Source of the DNA: an uncultured Syntrophaceae bacterium
GTDB lineage: Bacteria > Desulfobacterota > Syntrophia > Syntrophales > UBA2192
Direction of reading: 5' to 3'
Assembly (NCBI GenBank): GCA_964628025.1
Contig: CAZVLL010000004.1
Span: 118,416 to 182,415, forward strand
Length of the DNA: 64,000 nt
Shown: positions 1-9,341 of the stretch, piece by piece
Position numbering within the stretch: position 1 is the first letter of the stretch
Layout: each line of letters begins with the position of its first letter
The notes under the pieces: generated by a model
The model's input: the letters and a program-made list of their open reading frames with translations, nothing else
What the model was told of the DNA's origin: nothing
The model's database searches: none
Translations under genes and position numbers: made by a program

Positions 1-2
1 AG

Positions 3-263
3 GTGGAGACGATCCAGGAAGGGATTGTGAACCAGGCCGTTGTCTATCCCCGAAAGGTCCTCGAGAAGGCACTCACGAACAAGGCTTCGGCCATCATCCT
101 CGTCCACAACCATCCGTCGGGGCACGTGCGCCCCTCCGACGCGGATATCCGTCTGACGCGCGTCCTGCAGGACGCCGCCCGGGTCATGGATATCGTCCTG
201 CACGATCATCTGATCGTCGGCGAGAATCGATTCTTCAGTTTCCGGGAAGAGGGAATCCTTTAA
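3..263 (+). CDS. radC: RadC/JAB-domain protein, C-terminal part (5' truncated by window edge)
   Basis: VYPRKV..A..ASAIILVHNHPSG..PSDAD..T..L....LHDHLIVG JAB motif. Confidence 0.92.
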   Translation: METIQEGIVNQAVVYPRKVLEKALTNKASAIILVHNHPSGHVRPSDADIRLTRVLQDAARVMDIVLHDHLIVGENRFFSFREEGIL

Positions 264-305
264 CGATGGGGTGCAGGGTAAAGGAATCAGGGAACAGGCA
301 AAGAA

Positions 306-480
306 CTCGGGCAGGATTCTGGAATGCGAAGTTAGGCGCGTTTTAGTTAACCGCTCTTCGCGAAGCGAAACGCCCACAGCGCAAACTGCCTGAGCCCGGA
401 GGGCGAGTTTTTGCGTCTGCAGTGGAGCACGCGTTAGAGCGGTCTAAAACCGTCTATTCGCAGGAAGAATCCTGATCGAG
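306..480. repeat. ~175-nt imperfect inverted repeat / structured element between convergent genes
   Basis: Nested stems CAGGATTCT(312-320)/AGAATCCTG(466-474), TGCGAA/TTCGCA, TAGGCG/CGTCTA, GTTTTAG/CTAAAAC, ACCGCTCT/AGAGCGGT, CCAC/GTGG, GCGCAAA/TTTGCGT, apical GCCC-GGA-GGGC. Confidence 0.75.
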
Positions 481-484
481 TGAA

Positions 485-1384
485 TCACAGATTGATGCTT
501 GTGAAGGGAATGGGCGTAAAGGTCAGCGCAAAGCAAAACATGGCGAAATACCCGATGGCCAAGCGTCGGCTGTCCATTGGACCCCAGTCGTAGATCACCG
601 GCGGGTGAGAAACACCCAGGATCAGAAGAATCCCGCTCCAGACGAGCCAACCCTCCCACCCCACGATCCCGAGGGCCAGAAGAAGCATCATCACCATCCA
701 GGCCACCTCCCGCTGCCGGTGCCCGAATATTGCGTAAATAATGTGGCCGCCGTCGAGCTGCCCCACGGGAATGAGGTTGAGGGAGGTCACCAGAAGGCCG
801 ATCCAGCCTGCAAAGGCAACGGGATGGAGGATCACGTCCTGGTCCGCTGCAATCGTCCCATTTACCATCCAGTTGATGATCGAGAAGAGGGCGCACTCGC
901 CGAGATGGATACCGACTCCCGCCGTTTGCACTGCCGGAACGATCTGGGAGAGTGACAATCCCACGAACAGAACGGGGATGGTAACAACCAGTCCGGCCAG
1001 AGGCCCCGCCGCGCCGATTTCGATGAGGGCGTTGCGGTCCGAGATGGGAGATTTCATGGCAATGAAGGCTCCGAAGGTTCCCACAAGGGTGGGTCCCGGA
1101 ATGAAGTAAGGATAGCTTACATCGACTCCGTTTCTCTTGGAAGCCACGTAATGGCCAAGCTCGTGGCATCCCAGGATGAGAAGCAGCGTGAAGGAAAAGG
1201 GAATGCCCTGCCAGATGCCCCAGGGCTTTTCAAAAGGATTCACTCCGGCCTGAAGGGCGCCGGCCACGAGGGTTGTGAACACGGTTACGACAAAGAGACC
1301 CAAAGGGACAAGGGGGTGGTTGAACCGGGAGCTTGACAGAATTCGGCGAAGAGTTGATTTCAGTCCCATAAATATGAGGATCAC
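485..1384 (-). CDS. Site-2 protease (peptidase M50) family membrane metalloprotease
   Basis: HELGH zinc motif, NLIPVGQLDGGH motif, multiple TM segments. Confidence 0.9.
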   Translation of the reverse strand: MILIFMGLKSTLRRILSSSRFNHPLVPLGLFVVTVFTTLVAGALQAGVNPFEKPWGIWQGIPFSFTLLLILGCHELGHYVASKRNGVDVSYPYFIPGPTLVGTFGAFIAMKSPISDRNALIEIGAAGPLAGLVVTIPVLFVGLSLSQIVPAVQTAGVGIHLGECALFSIINWMVNGTIAADQDVILHPVAFAGWIGLLVTSLNLIPVGQLDGGHIIYAIFGHRQREVAWMVMMLLLALGIVGWEGWLVWSGILLILGVSHPPVIYDWGPMDSRRLAIGYFAMFCFALTFTPIPFTSINL

Positions 1385-1442
1385 ATTTCTATGATCCCCT
1401 GTTCATTAACACGTCCTGTACATGCGGTTCAAGGAAAAGCGG

Positions 1443-1727
1443 TCACTCTTCGTCCAGATTCACCTTGTCGCGAAGCTCCTTTCCCACCTTGAAGAAGGGA
1501 AGCCTTTTCGGGGAAACGGTTATGTTCATGCCCGTCTTCGGGTTTCGCCCTGTGTAGGACTCGTAGTTTCTCACCACGAAGCTTCCAAACCCCCGGATCT
1601 CGATCCTGCCGCTTGTCTTCAGCTCTTCCGTAAATCCCTTGAATATGAGATTGACCACGTCGGTGGCCTTCTTCTCCGTTAGGTTTTCCCGTTTTGCCAG
1701 CTCCTCGATCAATCCCGACTTGTTCAT
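1443..1727 (-). CDS. ihfB: Integration host factor beta / HU family DNA-binding protein
   Basis: MNKSGLI..., IEIRGFGSF, GRNPKTG, PFFKVGKELR; start set at ATG 1727. Confidence 0.8.
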   Translation of the reverse strand: MNKSGLIEELAKRENLTEKKATDVVNLIFKGFTEELKTSGRIEIRGFGSFVVRNYESYTGRNPKTGMNITVSPKRLPFFKVGKELRDKVNLDEE

Positions 1728-1849
1728 AGTCCCCCCGTGAAAAAGCAAAATCAGTCGTAAAGGCCTTGTCGATGCAAAAATAAAAAGGGATTAATTACGC
1801 GTTTTCATTGGATATTAATTGCTGTCGTCCCGGAATGTCAAGAACAATT

Positions 1850-2578
1850 TTACCCTTTTTTCCGTCTCGGACCCAGAAACCCCTCAATTTCTTTCTTTAG
1901 GAGATGTCGGTATTCGCCCGGCTTAAGGCTTCCCAGTTCGAGGCGGCCCATGGAAACCCGGATCAGTCGTGCCACGGGATGGCCCAGCGCTTCCAGGGCA
2001 CGCCGGATGACCCGGTTGCGACCCTCTGAAATGGTGATTCGGAGCCACTGGCTCTTCTCGTTGTATTTTTCCTCATGGATTTCCTTCACCGAGAAGGGCC
2101 CATCCTCCAGATCAATCCCGTTGATCAGGGACTGAATGTCTTTCCGCGTGAGCCGCCCGCGCACCTTCACAAGATAGGTGCGCGGGATCTCATAGCGGGG
2201 ATGCTGGACGCGCTCGGCAAAGTCGCCGTCATTCGTCAGGATCAGGAGGCCTTCGGAGTCGTAGTCGAGCCGACCCACGGGGTATACCCGCTTGGAGATG
2301 TCGTAAAGAAGATCCCCGACTACGGGCCGTCCTTCGGGATCCTTGAGTGTTGTCACGGTTCCCGCGGGCTTGTTAAGGACAAGATAGAGCCTCTCCGTTT
2401 CCGTGGTGATCATCCGCCCGTCGACGCGGATCTCATCCCGATCGGGGTTTGCTTTGGTTCCCAGCTGCCGGACGACTCTGTCGTTGACCTGCACCTTGCC
2501 CGCAAGGATGAGCTCCTCGGCAGACCGCCGTGAGCAGATCCCCGCAGCGGCGATAATTTTCTGGAGTCTTTCTTCCAT
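1850..2578 (-). CDS. rluB: rRNA pseudouridine synthase (RluB/RsuA family)
   Basis: S4 domain RLQKIIAAAGICSRR, catalytic VGRLDYDSEGL, EGRNRVIRR; next to scpAB. Confidence 0.85.
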   Translation of the reverse strand: MEERLQKIIAAAGICSRRSAEELILAGKVQVNDRVVRQLGTKANPDRDEIRVDGRMITTETERLYLVLNKPAGTVTTLKDPEGRPVVGDLLYDISKRVYPVGRLDYDSEGLLILTNDGDFAERVQHPRYEIPRTYLVKVRGRLTRKDIQSLINGIDLEDGPFSVKEIHEEKYNEKSQWLRITISEGRNRVIRRALEALGHPVARLIRVSMGRLELGSLKPGEYRHLLKKEIEGFLGPRRKKG

Positions 2579-2582
2579 GAGG

Positions 2583-3104
2583 CTATTCCTCCATCTCGGT
2601 GATTTCCCGCAGCGTGGGCAGCTCGGACAGATCCTTTAAATCGAAAACCTCGAGGAATCGCTTCGTTGTACCGTACATGATGGGCTTTCCGGGAACGTTT
2701 TTTCGGCCCACGATCCGGATGAGTTTTTTTTCCAGGATCCCTTTGAGTGAACCGCTCACATCGACGCCGCGAATTTTTTCGATCTCCTGCCTCGTCACGG
2801 GCTGCCGATAGGCCACCACAGACAAGGTTTCCATGGCCGCAGGGGAAAGGGGAACGGGACGAATGCCTCGAAGCTTCCTGAGCCAGGGGGCGAATTCCGT
2901 TTTCGTCCTGAACTGATACCCCCCTGCCACTTCCATGAGGCACAAGCCTCCGCTTCTCTGACGGTATTCCAGCTCGATGTCCTGCAGAATCTCCAGGATT
3001 GACTTGCGATCCACATCCCCCAGGATATCCTTCAGACGGTCCGCCGAGAGCGGGGTCTCCGACGCGAAGACCAGCGCTTCGACAACGGCTCTCCAATCAT
3101 CCAT
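2583..3104 (-). CDS. scpB: SMC-Scp complex subunit ScpB
   Basis: VEALVFAS, LSPAAMETLSVVAYRQPVTR.EIEKIRGV, YGTT..FLEVF.L; start at ATG 3104. Confidence 0.92.
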   Translation of the reverse strand: MDDWRAVVEALVFASETPLSADRLKDILGDVDRKSILEILQDIELEYRQRSGGLCLMEVAGGYQFRTKTEFAPWLRKLRGIRPVPLSPAAMETLSVVAYRQPVTRQEIEKIRGVDVSGSLKGILEKKLIRIVGRKNVPGKPIMYGTTKRFLEVFDLKDLSELPTLREITEMEE

Positions 3105-3828
3105 CGTTTGATTCCTCCACCGCAGGGAATATTCGGATCGGCCCGAACGGGTCAGCCTGGAATGCCCTGACAACCCGCATCTTCATCAGCTCAAGGACGG
3201 CAAGAAGCGTATAGATGATGCTCTTGCGGGTTCGGCTTGCCTTCAGAAGATCTGCGAAAGACAGGCTCTTTTCCCGCGAGAGGTCCTCCAGAATCTCGTT
3301 GATCCGGTCGGAAAGCGAAATCCGCTCCGTGTCGATCTCCAGGAGATCTTCCTTGTCCATCCGCTCGACGACCTGCTTGAAGGCCTCGATAAGATCGAAG
3401 AGACTCACCTCCACCATGGGGCCCTCTTCCTCATCGGTCGACTCATCCACAGCTTGGATCCGCTTGAACACGTCCCGGTCCAGAAGCTTCCGTTTGTCCA
3501 AGCTGAACGCCACTTCCTTGAAGGCCTGATATTCCAGGAGCTGCCTCACCAGCTCCGCCCGGGGGTCTTCCTCTTCCTCGCCTTCCGTCTCCCCTTCCTC
3601 AACGGGCAGAAGCATTCTCGATTTGATATGGATGAGCGTTGCCGCCAGAACAAGATACTCCCCGGCCAGGTCAAGATTGAGGGCCTTCATCATTTCGAGA
3701 TGGGCCAGGTACTGCTCCGCGATGAGGGCCATCGGGATATTGTAGATATCGAGCTCGTTCTTCCGGATCAGGTAAAGAAGAAGATCCAGCGGCCCTTCAA
3801 AGATGTCGAGTTTGACCTCGTAACTCAT
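3097..3828 (-). CDS. scpA: Segregation and condensation protein ScpA
   Basis: FEGPLDLLLYLI, AATLIHIKSRMLLP; start at ATG 3828 (MSYEVKL), ORF-track extension overlaps trpS. Confidence 0.92.
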   Translation of the reverse strand: MSYEVKLDIFEGPLDLLLYLIRKNELDIYNIPMALIAEQYLAHLEMMKALNLDLAGEYLVLAATLIHIKSRMLLPVEEGETEGEEEEDPRAELVRQLLEYQAFKEVAFSLDKRKLLDRDVFKRIQAVDESTDEEEGPMVEVSLFDLIEAFKQVVERMDKEDLLEIDTERISLSDRINEILEDLSREKSLSFADLLKASRTRKSIIYTLLAVLELMKMRVVRAFQADPFGPIRIFPAVEESNDG

Positions 3829-3833
3829 GGCAA

Positions 3834-4826
3834 TCAGATCCGCACGGCGTCGCGGACTTCCATCATCGTCGCCCGTGCCACTCGCTGAGCCCGATCGTTG
3901 CCGTCGGCGATGATGTCGTGCACTTCCCCGATATGGGCCCGGTAGTATTCCTGCTTCTCGTGGATCGGCTTCAATCCTTCTGCAACATGCAGGGCCAGCC
4001 GCTTCTTGCACTGGACGCAGCCGATGGCCGCCTTTCGGCAGTCCCGCTCGATTTCCCCGACTTCTGTCTCGGGGGAGTACAGATTGTGGAAGCTGAAAAC
4101 GTTGCAGACTTCCGGACGTCCCGGGTCGCTTTTCCTCTGGCGCTGCGGATCGGTGAACATGGACTCGATCTTCTTGCGGAGTTCTTCTCCGCAATCGCTC
4201 AGGAATATGGCGTTGTCGTAGGACTTGCTCATCTTGCGGCCGTCGATGCCCAGCAACTTCGGTACCTCCGTCAGAAGCGGCTCGGGGATGGGGAAGATCT
4301 CCCGGTAGAGAAAATTGAAGCGACGGGCGATTTCCCGGGTGAGTTCCACGTGGGGCAGTTGATCGACGCCTACGGGCACACCGTAGGCTTTGTACATAAT
4401 GATGTCCGCCGCCTGGAGAACGGGGTAACCGAGAAAGCCGAAGGTGGAGAGGTCCCGGTCAATGAGTTCCTGTTTCATTTCTTTGTAGGTGGGGTTTCGC
4501 TCCAGCCAGGGAAGCGGCGTGATCATGCACAGGAGCACGAAGAGCTCCGCGTGTTCCAGAACCGAGGACTGGACGAAAAGGGTGCTCTCTTTCGGGTCGA
4601 GCCCGGCAGCCAGCCAGTCAATCACGATGTCGATACGGTTCTGTCGTATCTCCTCGGTCCGGTTGTAGTCCGACGTAAGCGCATGCCAGTCGGCAATGAA
4701 ATAAAAACAATCGTACCCCCCGTTGTTTTGGAGATCGACCCAGTTCTTCAGGGCTCCGAGATAGTTTCCGAGATGCAGCTTACCCGTCGGCCGCATCCCG
4801 CTCAGTATTCTTCTTTTCTCTCCCAT
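3834..4826 (-). CDS. trpS: Tryptophanyl-tRNA synthetase
   Basis: SGMRPTGKLHLGNY (HIGH), YPVLQAADI, VPVGVDQ, KMSKS. Confidence 0.97.
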   Translation of the reverse strand: MGEKRRILSGMRPTGKLHLGNYLGALKNWVDLQNNGGYDCFYFIADWHALTSDYNRTEEIRQNRIDIVIDWLAAGLDPKESTLFVQSSVLEHAELFVLLCMITPLPWLERNPTYKEMKQELIDRDLSTFGFLGYPVLQAADIIMYKAYGVPVGVDQLPHVELTREIARRFNFLYREIFPIPEPLLTEVPKLLGIDGRKMSKSYDNAIFLSDCGEELRKKIESMFTDPQRQRKSDPGRPEVCNVFSFHNLYSPETEVGEIERDCRKAAIGCVQCKKRLALHVAEGLKPIHEKQEYYRAHIGEVHDIIADGNDRAQRVARATMMEVRDAVRI

Positions 4827-4978
4827 ATCTCCTCTTCTTCCATGCCGCGCAATCCCGGCCAGACCGCTGATCGGAAATCGCCCGGGCAGGACCCGGGCGC
4901 CCCGCTCGTATAACAGAATTGCCGGAGCATGTCAACGGTGGGAGAAGCCAAGTTCAAGAAAAAACACGGCAATTTTCC

Positions 4979-5788
4979 TCACTCCGCTTCGCGCGCGAGA
5001 ATCTGCTCGGCTTTTTTGAGCTGCTTCTTCAGGGCTTTCTCTCGTACCGGCCTTTCTTTCAATGCGTTGATGACGCCGAGTCGGACCAATCGCCCAAGCG
5101 GCTTTATCGGTTCGGGCTCCTCGAGAATCAGCCGCAGTTCCGCGGCAATCCGATAATCTTCCAGTTCTGCCAGAATAGACCGGGACAGCGCTTCGGCAAT
5201 CCTCTGCTCGCTGTCGCGGACGATCCGGAAACCCAGCCGAGTTTCGAACCGGATGGCCCGGAAGATCCGCGTCGGGTCATCGATGAAGCTTTGATCGTGG
5301 AGAATCCGGATGTGCTGCTTGCGAAGGTCGCGGATACCGCGGAAATAATCGAAAAGACGGCCGAATTCTCCCGGCATCAGCGAGGCGGCCATTGCGTTGA
5401 CCGTGAAATCCCGCCGCGACAGGTCATCGCGGATGGTGCCGGGAGTCACCCGGGGCAGGGATGCAGCTCGCTCGTATGTTTCTGTGCGCGCCGTGGCCAC
5501 GTCCACCCGGAGTTCGTCGGGAAAGATGAGGGTGGCCGTTCCGAACCGCTCGTGGCACTTCACCCTTGCGTGCAAGCACTCGGCAAGGGATCTGGCATAG
5601 CGAATCCCCTCTCCCTCAACGACGATATCCATATCGAAACTGTGAAGTCCGAGCAGGAGGTCCCGGACCGTCCCTCCCACGACACAGGTGGGATAGCCCA
5701 TCTCGGCGCCGAGGCTCCCGGCCTCGTGGAGAATTTCCTGCTGCACCGGGCTCAGTGTTCGGTGAATTCGTTCGGAGATGTTCCCCAT
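4979..5788 (-). CDS. Class II tRNA nucleotidyltransferase / poly(A) polymerase family, short form
   Basis: VVGGTVRDLLLG, DMDIVV, DLSRRDFTVNAMA, DDPTRIFRAIRF. Confidence 0.85.
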   Translation of the reverse strand: MGNISERIHRTLSPVQQEILHEAGSLGAEMGYPTCVVGGTVRDLLLGLHSFDMDIVVEGEGIRYARSLAECLHARVKCHERFGTATLIFPDELRVDVATARTETYERAASLPRVTPGTIRDDLSRRDFTVNAMAASLMPGEFGRLFDYFRGIRDLRKQHIRILHDQSFIDDPTRIFRAIRFETRLGFRIVRDSEQRIAEALSRSILAELEDYRIAAELRLILEEPEPIKPLGRLVRLGVINALKERPVREKALKKQLKKAEQILAREAE

Positions 5789-5805
5789 CGTGGATAAGCT
5801 CTGGA

Positions 5806-7035
5806 TTATTTACTTTTCTTTTTCAGAACCAGAAAATACAGATCCCCCTCCTCTTTGAGGTGACCCGCCGCGATCTCCGCCTCCCGGCCTCTTCCAAAAA
5901 AGAGATCTACCCTTCCGGGACCCGTGATGGCCCCACCCGTATCCTGGTTCAGGACAAACCGCGAGAATGGAACCCAGGAGAGGATATCTCCGCCCGGGCC
6001 GATGACGGGCTTTCTCGTCCTGACAAAGGCCAGTGCTCCCCTCGGGAATAACGTCTGATCCGTCGCGATGGATCGTCCGCCCGTAAGAGAAACGCCGATG
6101 CTGCCCACGGGGCCTACCTCGACAGAGCGGAAGAACACGTAACTTTCATTGTAATGGAGGATTTCCTGGATCTCGTCCGGGTTCTCCCGGAGATATTTCT
6201 TGATGCCCTGCATGGACAGGTTATCCCGGGTGGCCTTCCCCGAGTCGATGAGCAGCCTGCCGATACTTCGATAGGCCCTGCCGTTCGACTGTGCATAGCT
6301 CACCTGAAAGCAACTCTCATCAGGAAGGCAGATCGTGCCGGAGCCCTGGATATGGAGAAAGAAAATGTCCACAGGATCAGCAAACCAGGCGATTTCCAGA
6401 CCCTTGTTCTCGAGGACACCGGCGCCGTCAATCTCCTCGCGGGTATAATACGGAAGAAGCTCGCCGTTCTCGACGCGGCCGACGAGCCGTTCATTTCGGT
6501 TTTTGTCGCGGAATTTTCCCAGCTGTACCACGACCGCATCGTCGGGCTTGCGATAGATGGGGTATCGGTAACGATCGTTTCTTTCGAGAGACCCTTGCAG
6601 GACGGGTTCGTAATAGCCCGTGAAAAGCACCCGGCCCGACGATTCGTTCCCGGAGGCCCTGTAAACATCAAAGCGTTCCCTCACCTTGTTTTCCATCTCC
6701 GACGGGGAATCGCCTGTCTCGGCAATTACGAGAAACGCTTGCAGGGATTCCTTCATGTCACGGACGGTGAATCGCTCTGCTCCCAACCGGTACGTGCTGC
6801 GCTCAGGCAGCCTGGCGTAGTAATCGAGGCTCCTGCGAACTGCCCTGATGAGAGATTCCCGGTCCATGTCGTCGCTGAAAGGGGGAACCTCGGTGACCGA
6901 GACGGGGGCGAGTGGCGGCCTTTCTTTCGTCACGGGTGCAGAAGGTGCCGCCGGCGGCGGTTTCTCGATGGTCGCGCAGGCGCTGATGAGCGCTGCCGTG
7001 AGCAGAATGAGAAACAGGTTTCGCATTGAGATCAT
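5806..7035 (-). CDS. mltA: Membrane-bound lytic murein transglycosylase A (lipoprotein)
   Basis: Lipobox ISAC, FTGYYEP, FFLHIQGSG, QDTGGAITGPGRVDLFFG. Confidence 0.92.
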   Translation of the reverse strand: MISMRNLFLILLTAALISACATIEKPPPAAPSAPVTKERPPLAPVSVTEVPPFSDDMDRESLIRAVRRSLDYYARLPERSTYRLGAERFTVRDMKESLQAFLVIAETGDSPSEMENKVRERFDVYRASGNESSGRVLFTGYYEPVLQGSLERNDRYRYPIYRKPDDAVVVQLGKFRDKNRNERLVGRVENGELLPYYTREEIDGAGVLENKGLEIAWFADPVDIFFLHIQGSGTICLPDESCFQVSYAQSNGRAYRSIGRLLIDSGKATRDNLSMQGIKKYLRENPDEIQEILHYNESYVFFRSVEVGPVGSIGVSLTGGRSIATDQTLFPRGALAFVRTRKPVIGPGGDILSWVPFSRFVLNQDTGGAITGPGRVDLFFGRGREAEIAAGHLKEEGDLYFLVLKKKSK

Positions 7036-7102
7036 CCAGTGATAATAAGCGGCTGAGAACAGCTGGGAATGTCAGGTTAGAGGTTCAGATGCAGGGCGAC
7101 CG

Positions 7103-7582
7103 TTACAGCTCGATGATCATCGCGTACTCGTCGCAAAAATCAGGATACTTCCAGCACTTGAAGCAGTCGGACCAGATCTTCTCCGGAAGCTCCGTACGCT
7201 GAACTTCATGAAATCCCATCTTGTCAAAAAAATCCTTCTGATAGGTCAGCGCAAAGATCCGGTAGATTTCCAGGATGATCGCTTCCGAGATGCACGCCTC
7301 GACCAGCTTCTTGCCGATACCCCTGTGGCGGTATTCGTCGGATACGTAGAGGGAGCGAATCTCGGCGAGGTTCTCCCAGAACAGGTGCATGGCGACGATC
7401 CCCACGATGGGCCCCTTGTCTTCCTCCAAGTACACATAGAAGTCACGCAGGCTGTTGTAGAGATCCACAAGCGACCGGGGCAACATCTCGCCCTTGGCCG
7501 CTGAGAGGTTGATGATCCGGTGCATCGCCTTCACGTCACTGGTCTTTGCTTTTCTCAGCATTGCCCTTCCCGCCTGACTCAT
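7103..7582 (-). CDS. GNAT N-acetyltransferase, short ArgA-like (amino-acid N-acetyltransferase); start may be 7561
   Basis: MLPRSL..LY, AEIRSLYV....RHRGIGKKLV, LPEKIWSDCFKC..YPDFCDE. Confidence 0.8.
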   Translation of the reverse strand: MSQAGRAMLRKAKTSDVKAMHRIINLSAAKGEMLPRSLVDLYNSLRDFYVYLEEDKGPIVGIVAMHLFWENLAEIRSLYVSDEYRHRGIGKKLVEACISEAIILEIYRIFALTYQKDFFDKMGFHEVQRTELPEKIWSDCFKCWKYPDFCDEYAMIIEL

Positions 7583-7621
7583 TGTTTTCCGTTCCGCCCG
7601 TTCGTACGGCAGGAACCGAAT

Positions 7622-7655
7622 TCAGCCTCAGCCCTCAGCCCTCAGCCCTCAGCCC
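7622..7655. repeat. Heptamer tandem repeat (TCAGCCC)x4 plus one partial copy, overlapping recN stop
   Basis: tcagcc tcagccc tcagccc tcagccc tcagccc read directly. Confidence 0.85.
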
Positions 7656-9340
7656 GGTTTTTTCGCCGCCTTGAGCATTTCCCGCGCGGTGTCCCTTGTC
7701 TTTTCGGTAATCTCGACTCCGCCGATCATCCGCGTGATTTCATCGAGGCGCTCATTCTCCAATAAGGTCTTTACATCCGTTCGTGTCCGCCCGCCAGCCA
7801 CGGTTTTCGCAACCCGGTGGTGTGTCTCGCCGAAAGAAGCAATCTGCGGCAGATGGGTAATGCAGATAACCTGGTGGTGCCGCGAGATGTCACGAAGTTT
7901 CCGTCCCACGATCTCCGCCGTGGCGCCGCCGATACCGCTGTCCACCTCGTCGAAAATGACCGTTCCCACCGATCCTGCCCCGGCGAGGACCTTCTTCATG
8001 GCGAGCACAATTCGCGAAAGCTCACCGCCCGATGCGATTCGGTTCAGAGGTTTCAGCTGTTCCCCCACATTCGTAGAAAGGTAAAACTCCAGGTGATCGA
8101 CGCCCCTGGAATGAAACGGCGGCGACCCATCTTCTTTCAGCTGAAGATCCTTGAACACGACCCTGAAGCGGGCCTTCTCCATTTTCAGCTCGTGAATCTC
8201 TTCTTCGATGGCTTTCTCCATGGACGAGGCCACGCGCTTCCGCTCGGACGTGAGTTTCCCCGCCTGCTCCAGAAGTTCCGTCTTCTTTCTGTCCAGCTCC
8301 CCGCACAGGCTTTCGAGGCCTTCCGCCGCGCTTGAGATCTCCCCAAGTTCAGCCCGCAGGGACTGTCCTGTCTTAAGGGCACTTTCGATGGACCCTCCGT
8401 ACTTTTTCTTCAATCTCCCGATCACATCGAGCCGGTCGTCGATCTCCTCAATCCGCGCCGGGTCATTCTGAATTTTGCTCAGATAATCCCGAATGCCTCT
8501 TGCGGCATCTTCGATCTGGATGGCAAGCGCTTTCACCTCGTCATCGGAGACGGGAAAATTCGGGTCGATGCGGCGGAGGTCACGGATGTGGCCGGCAACG
8601 CGGCTCATCCGGGCCAGAACCGATTCTTCCTGCCCGTAGAGAATGTCGTAGGATTGCCGGGAGCACTCCGTCAGCTTTACGGCGTTCGCAAGGACTTTTT
8701 TTTCCTCCTGGAGAACCCCGTCCTCACCGGACTTGAGATCCGCCTTCTCGATCTCGACTGCCTGGAATCGGAGAAATTCCTCTCTCTCATCGCGGTTCCG
8801 GTTCTTCGCCGCCAGTTCCTCTTTCTTTGCGCTGAGCTTCCGGTACTCCTCGTAGAGCACAGAGAAGGCGTTTCGCTGAGACTCCAGCCCTCCGAACTCA
8901 TCGAGAATATCGATGTGGCTGGCCGGGTCGAGCAGGGCCTGGTGCTCGTGCTGACTGCAGATGTTGACCAGGGCCTCGCTGATCTCACCCAGCATGGCCA
9001 GCGTGGCGAGGTTGCCGTCGATGTAAATCCGGTTTTTCCCCGAGCGCGACACCACCCGTCGCACAACAAGCTCCCTGCCGGGACGGAATCCCATCTCATA
9101 GAGCTTTGCGGTCAGATTCCTGTAGGGCCCGATGTCGAAGACGGCTTCCACAACAGCCGCATCTTCCTCCGAACGGATCAGGTCCGTCGACGCCCTCTCC
9201 CCCAGCAACAGCCCGATGGCCCCGATCAGGATCGACTTGCCCGCTCCCGTCTCGCCCGAGATGACGTTCAAACCGTCATGGAAGGCCAGATTGAGCCTGT
9301 CAATGATGGCAAAATTGGTGATGCCCAGTTCCTTCAGCAT
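7649..9340 (-). CDS. recN: DNA repair protein RecN
   Basis: SGETGAGKS Walker A, coiled coil, ASGGELSR, IFDEVDSG, ITHLPQIA; follows NAD kinase. Confidence 0.96.
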   Translation of the reverse strand: MLKELGITNFAIIDRLNLAFHDGLNVISGETGAGKSILIGAIGLLLGERASTDLIRSEEDAAVVEAVFDIGPYRNLTAKLYEMGFRPGRELVVRRVVSRSGKNRIYIDGNLATLAMLGEISEALVNICSQHEHQALLDPASHIDILDEFGGLESQRNAFSVLYEEYRKLSAKKEELAAKNRNRDEREEFLRFQAVEIEKADLKSGEDGVLQEEKKVLANAVKLTECSRQSYDILYGQEESVLARMSRVAGHIRDLRRIDPNFPVSDDEVKALAIQIEDAARGIRDYLSKIQNDPARIEEIDDRLDVIGRLKKKYGGSIESALKTGQSLRAELGEISSAAEGLESLCGELDRKKTELLEQAGKLTSERKRVASSMEKAIEEEIHELKMEKARFRVVFKDLQLKEDGSPPFHSRGVDHLEFYLSTNVGEQLKPLNRIASGGELSRIVLAMKKVLAGAGSVGTVIFDEVDSGIGGATAEIVGRKLRDISRHHQVICITHLPQIASFGETHHRVAKTVAGGRTRTDVKTLLENERLDEITRMIGGVEITEKTRDTAREMLKAAKKPG

Positions 9341-9341
9341 A

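Noticed and set aside
258-337. attC-like site after radC (CTTTAAC ... CTGGAATGCGAAGTTAGGC)
   Set aside because: Core heptamers are suggestive but the inner arms do not pair, and the right half is better explained by the 306-480 hairpin.
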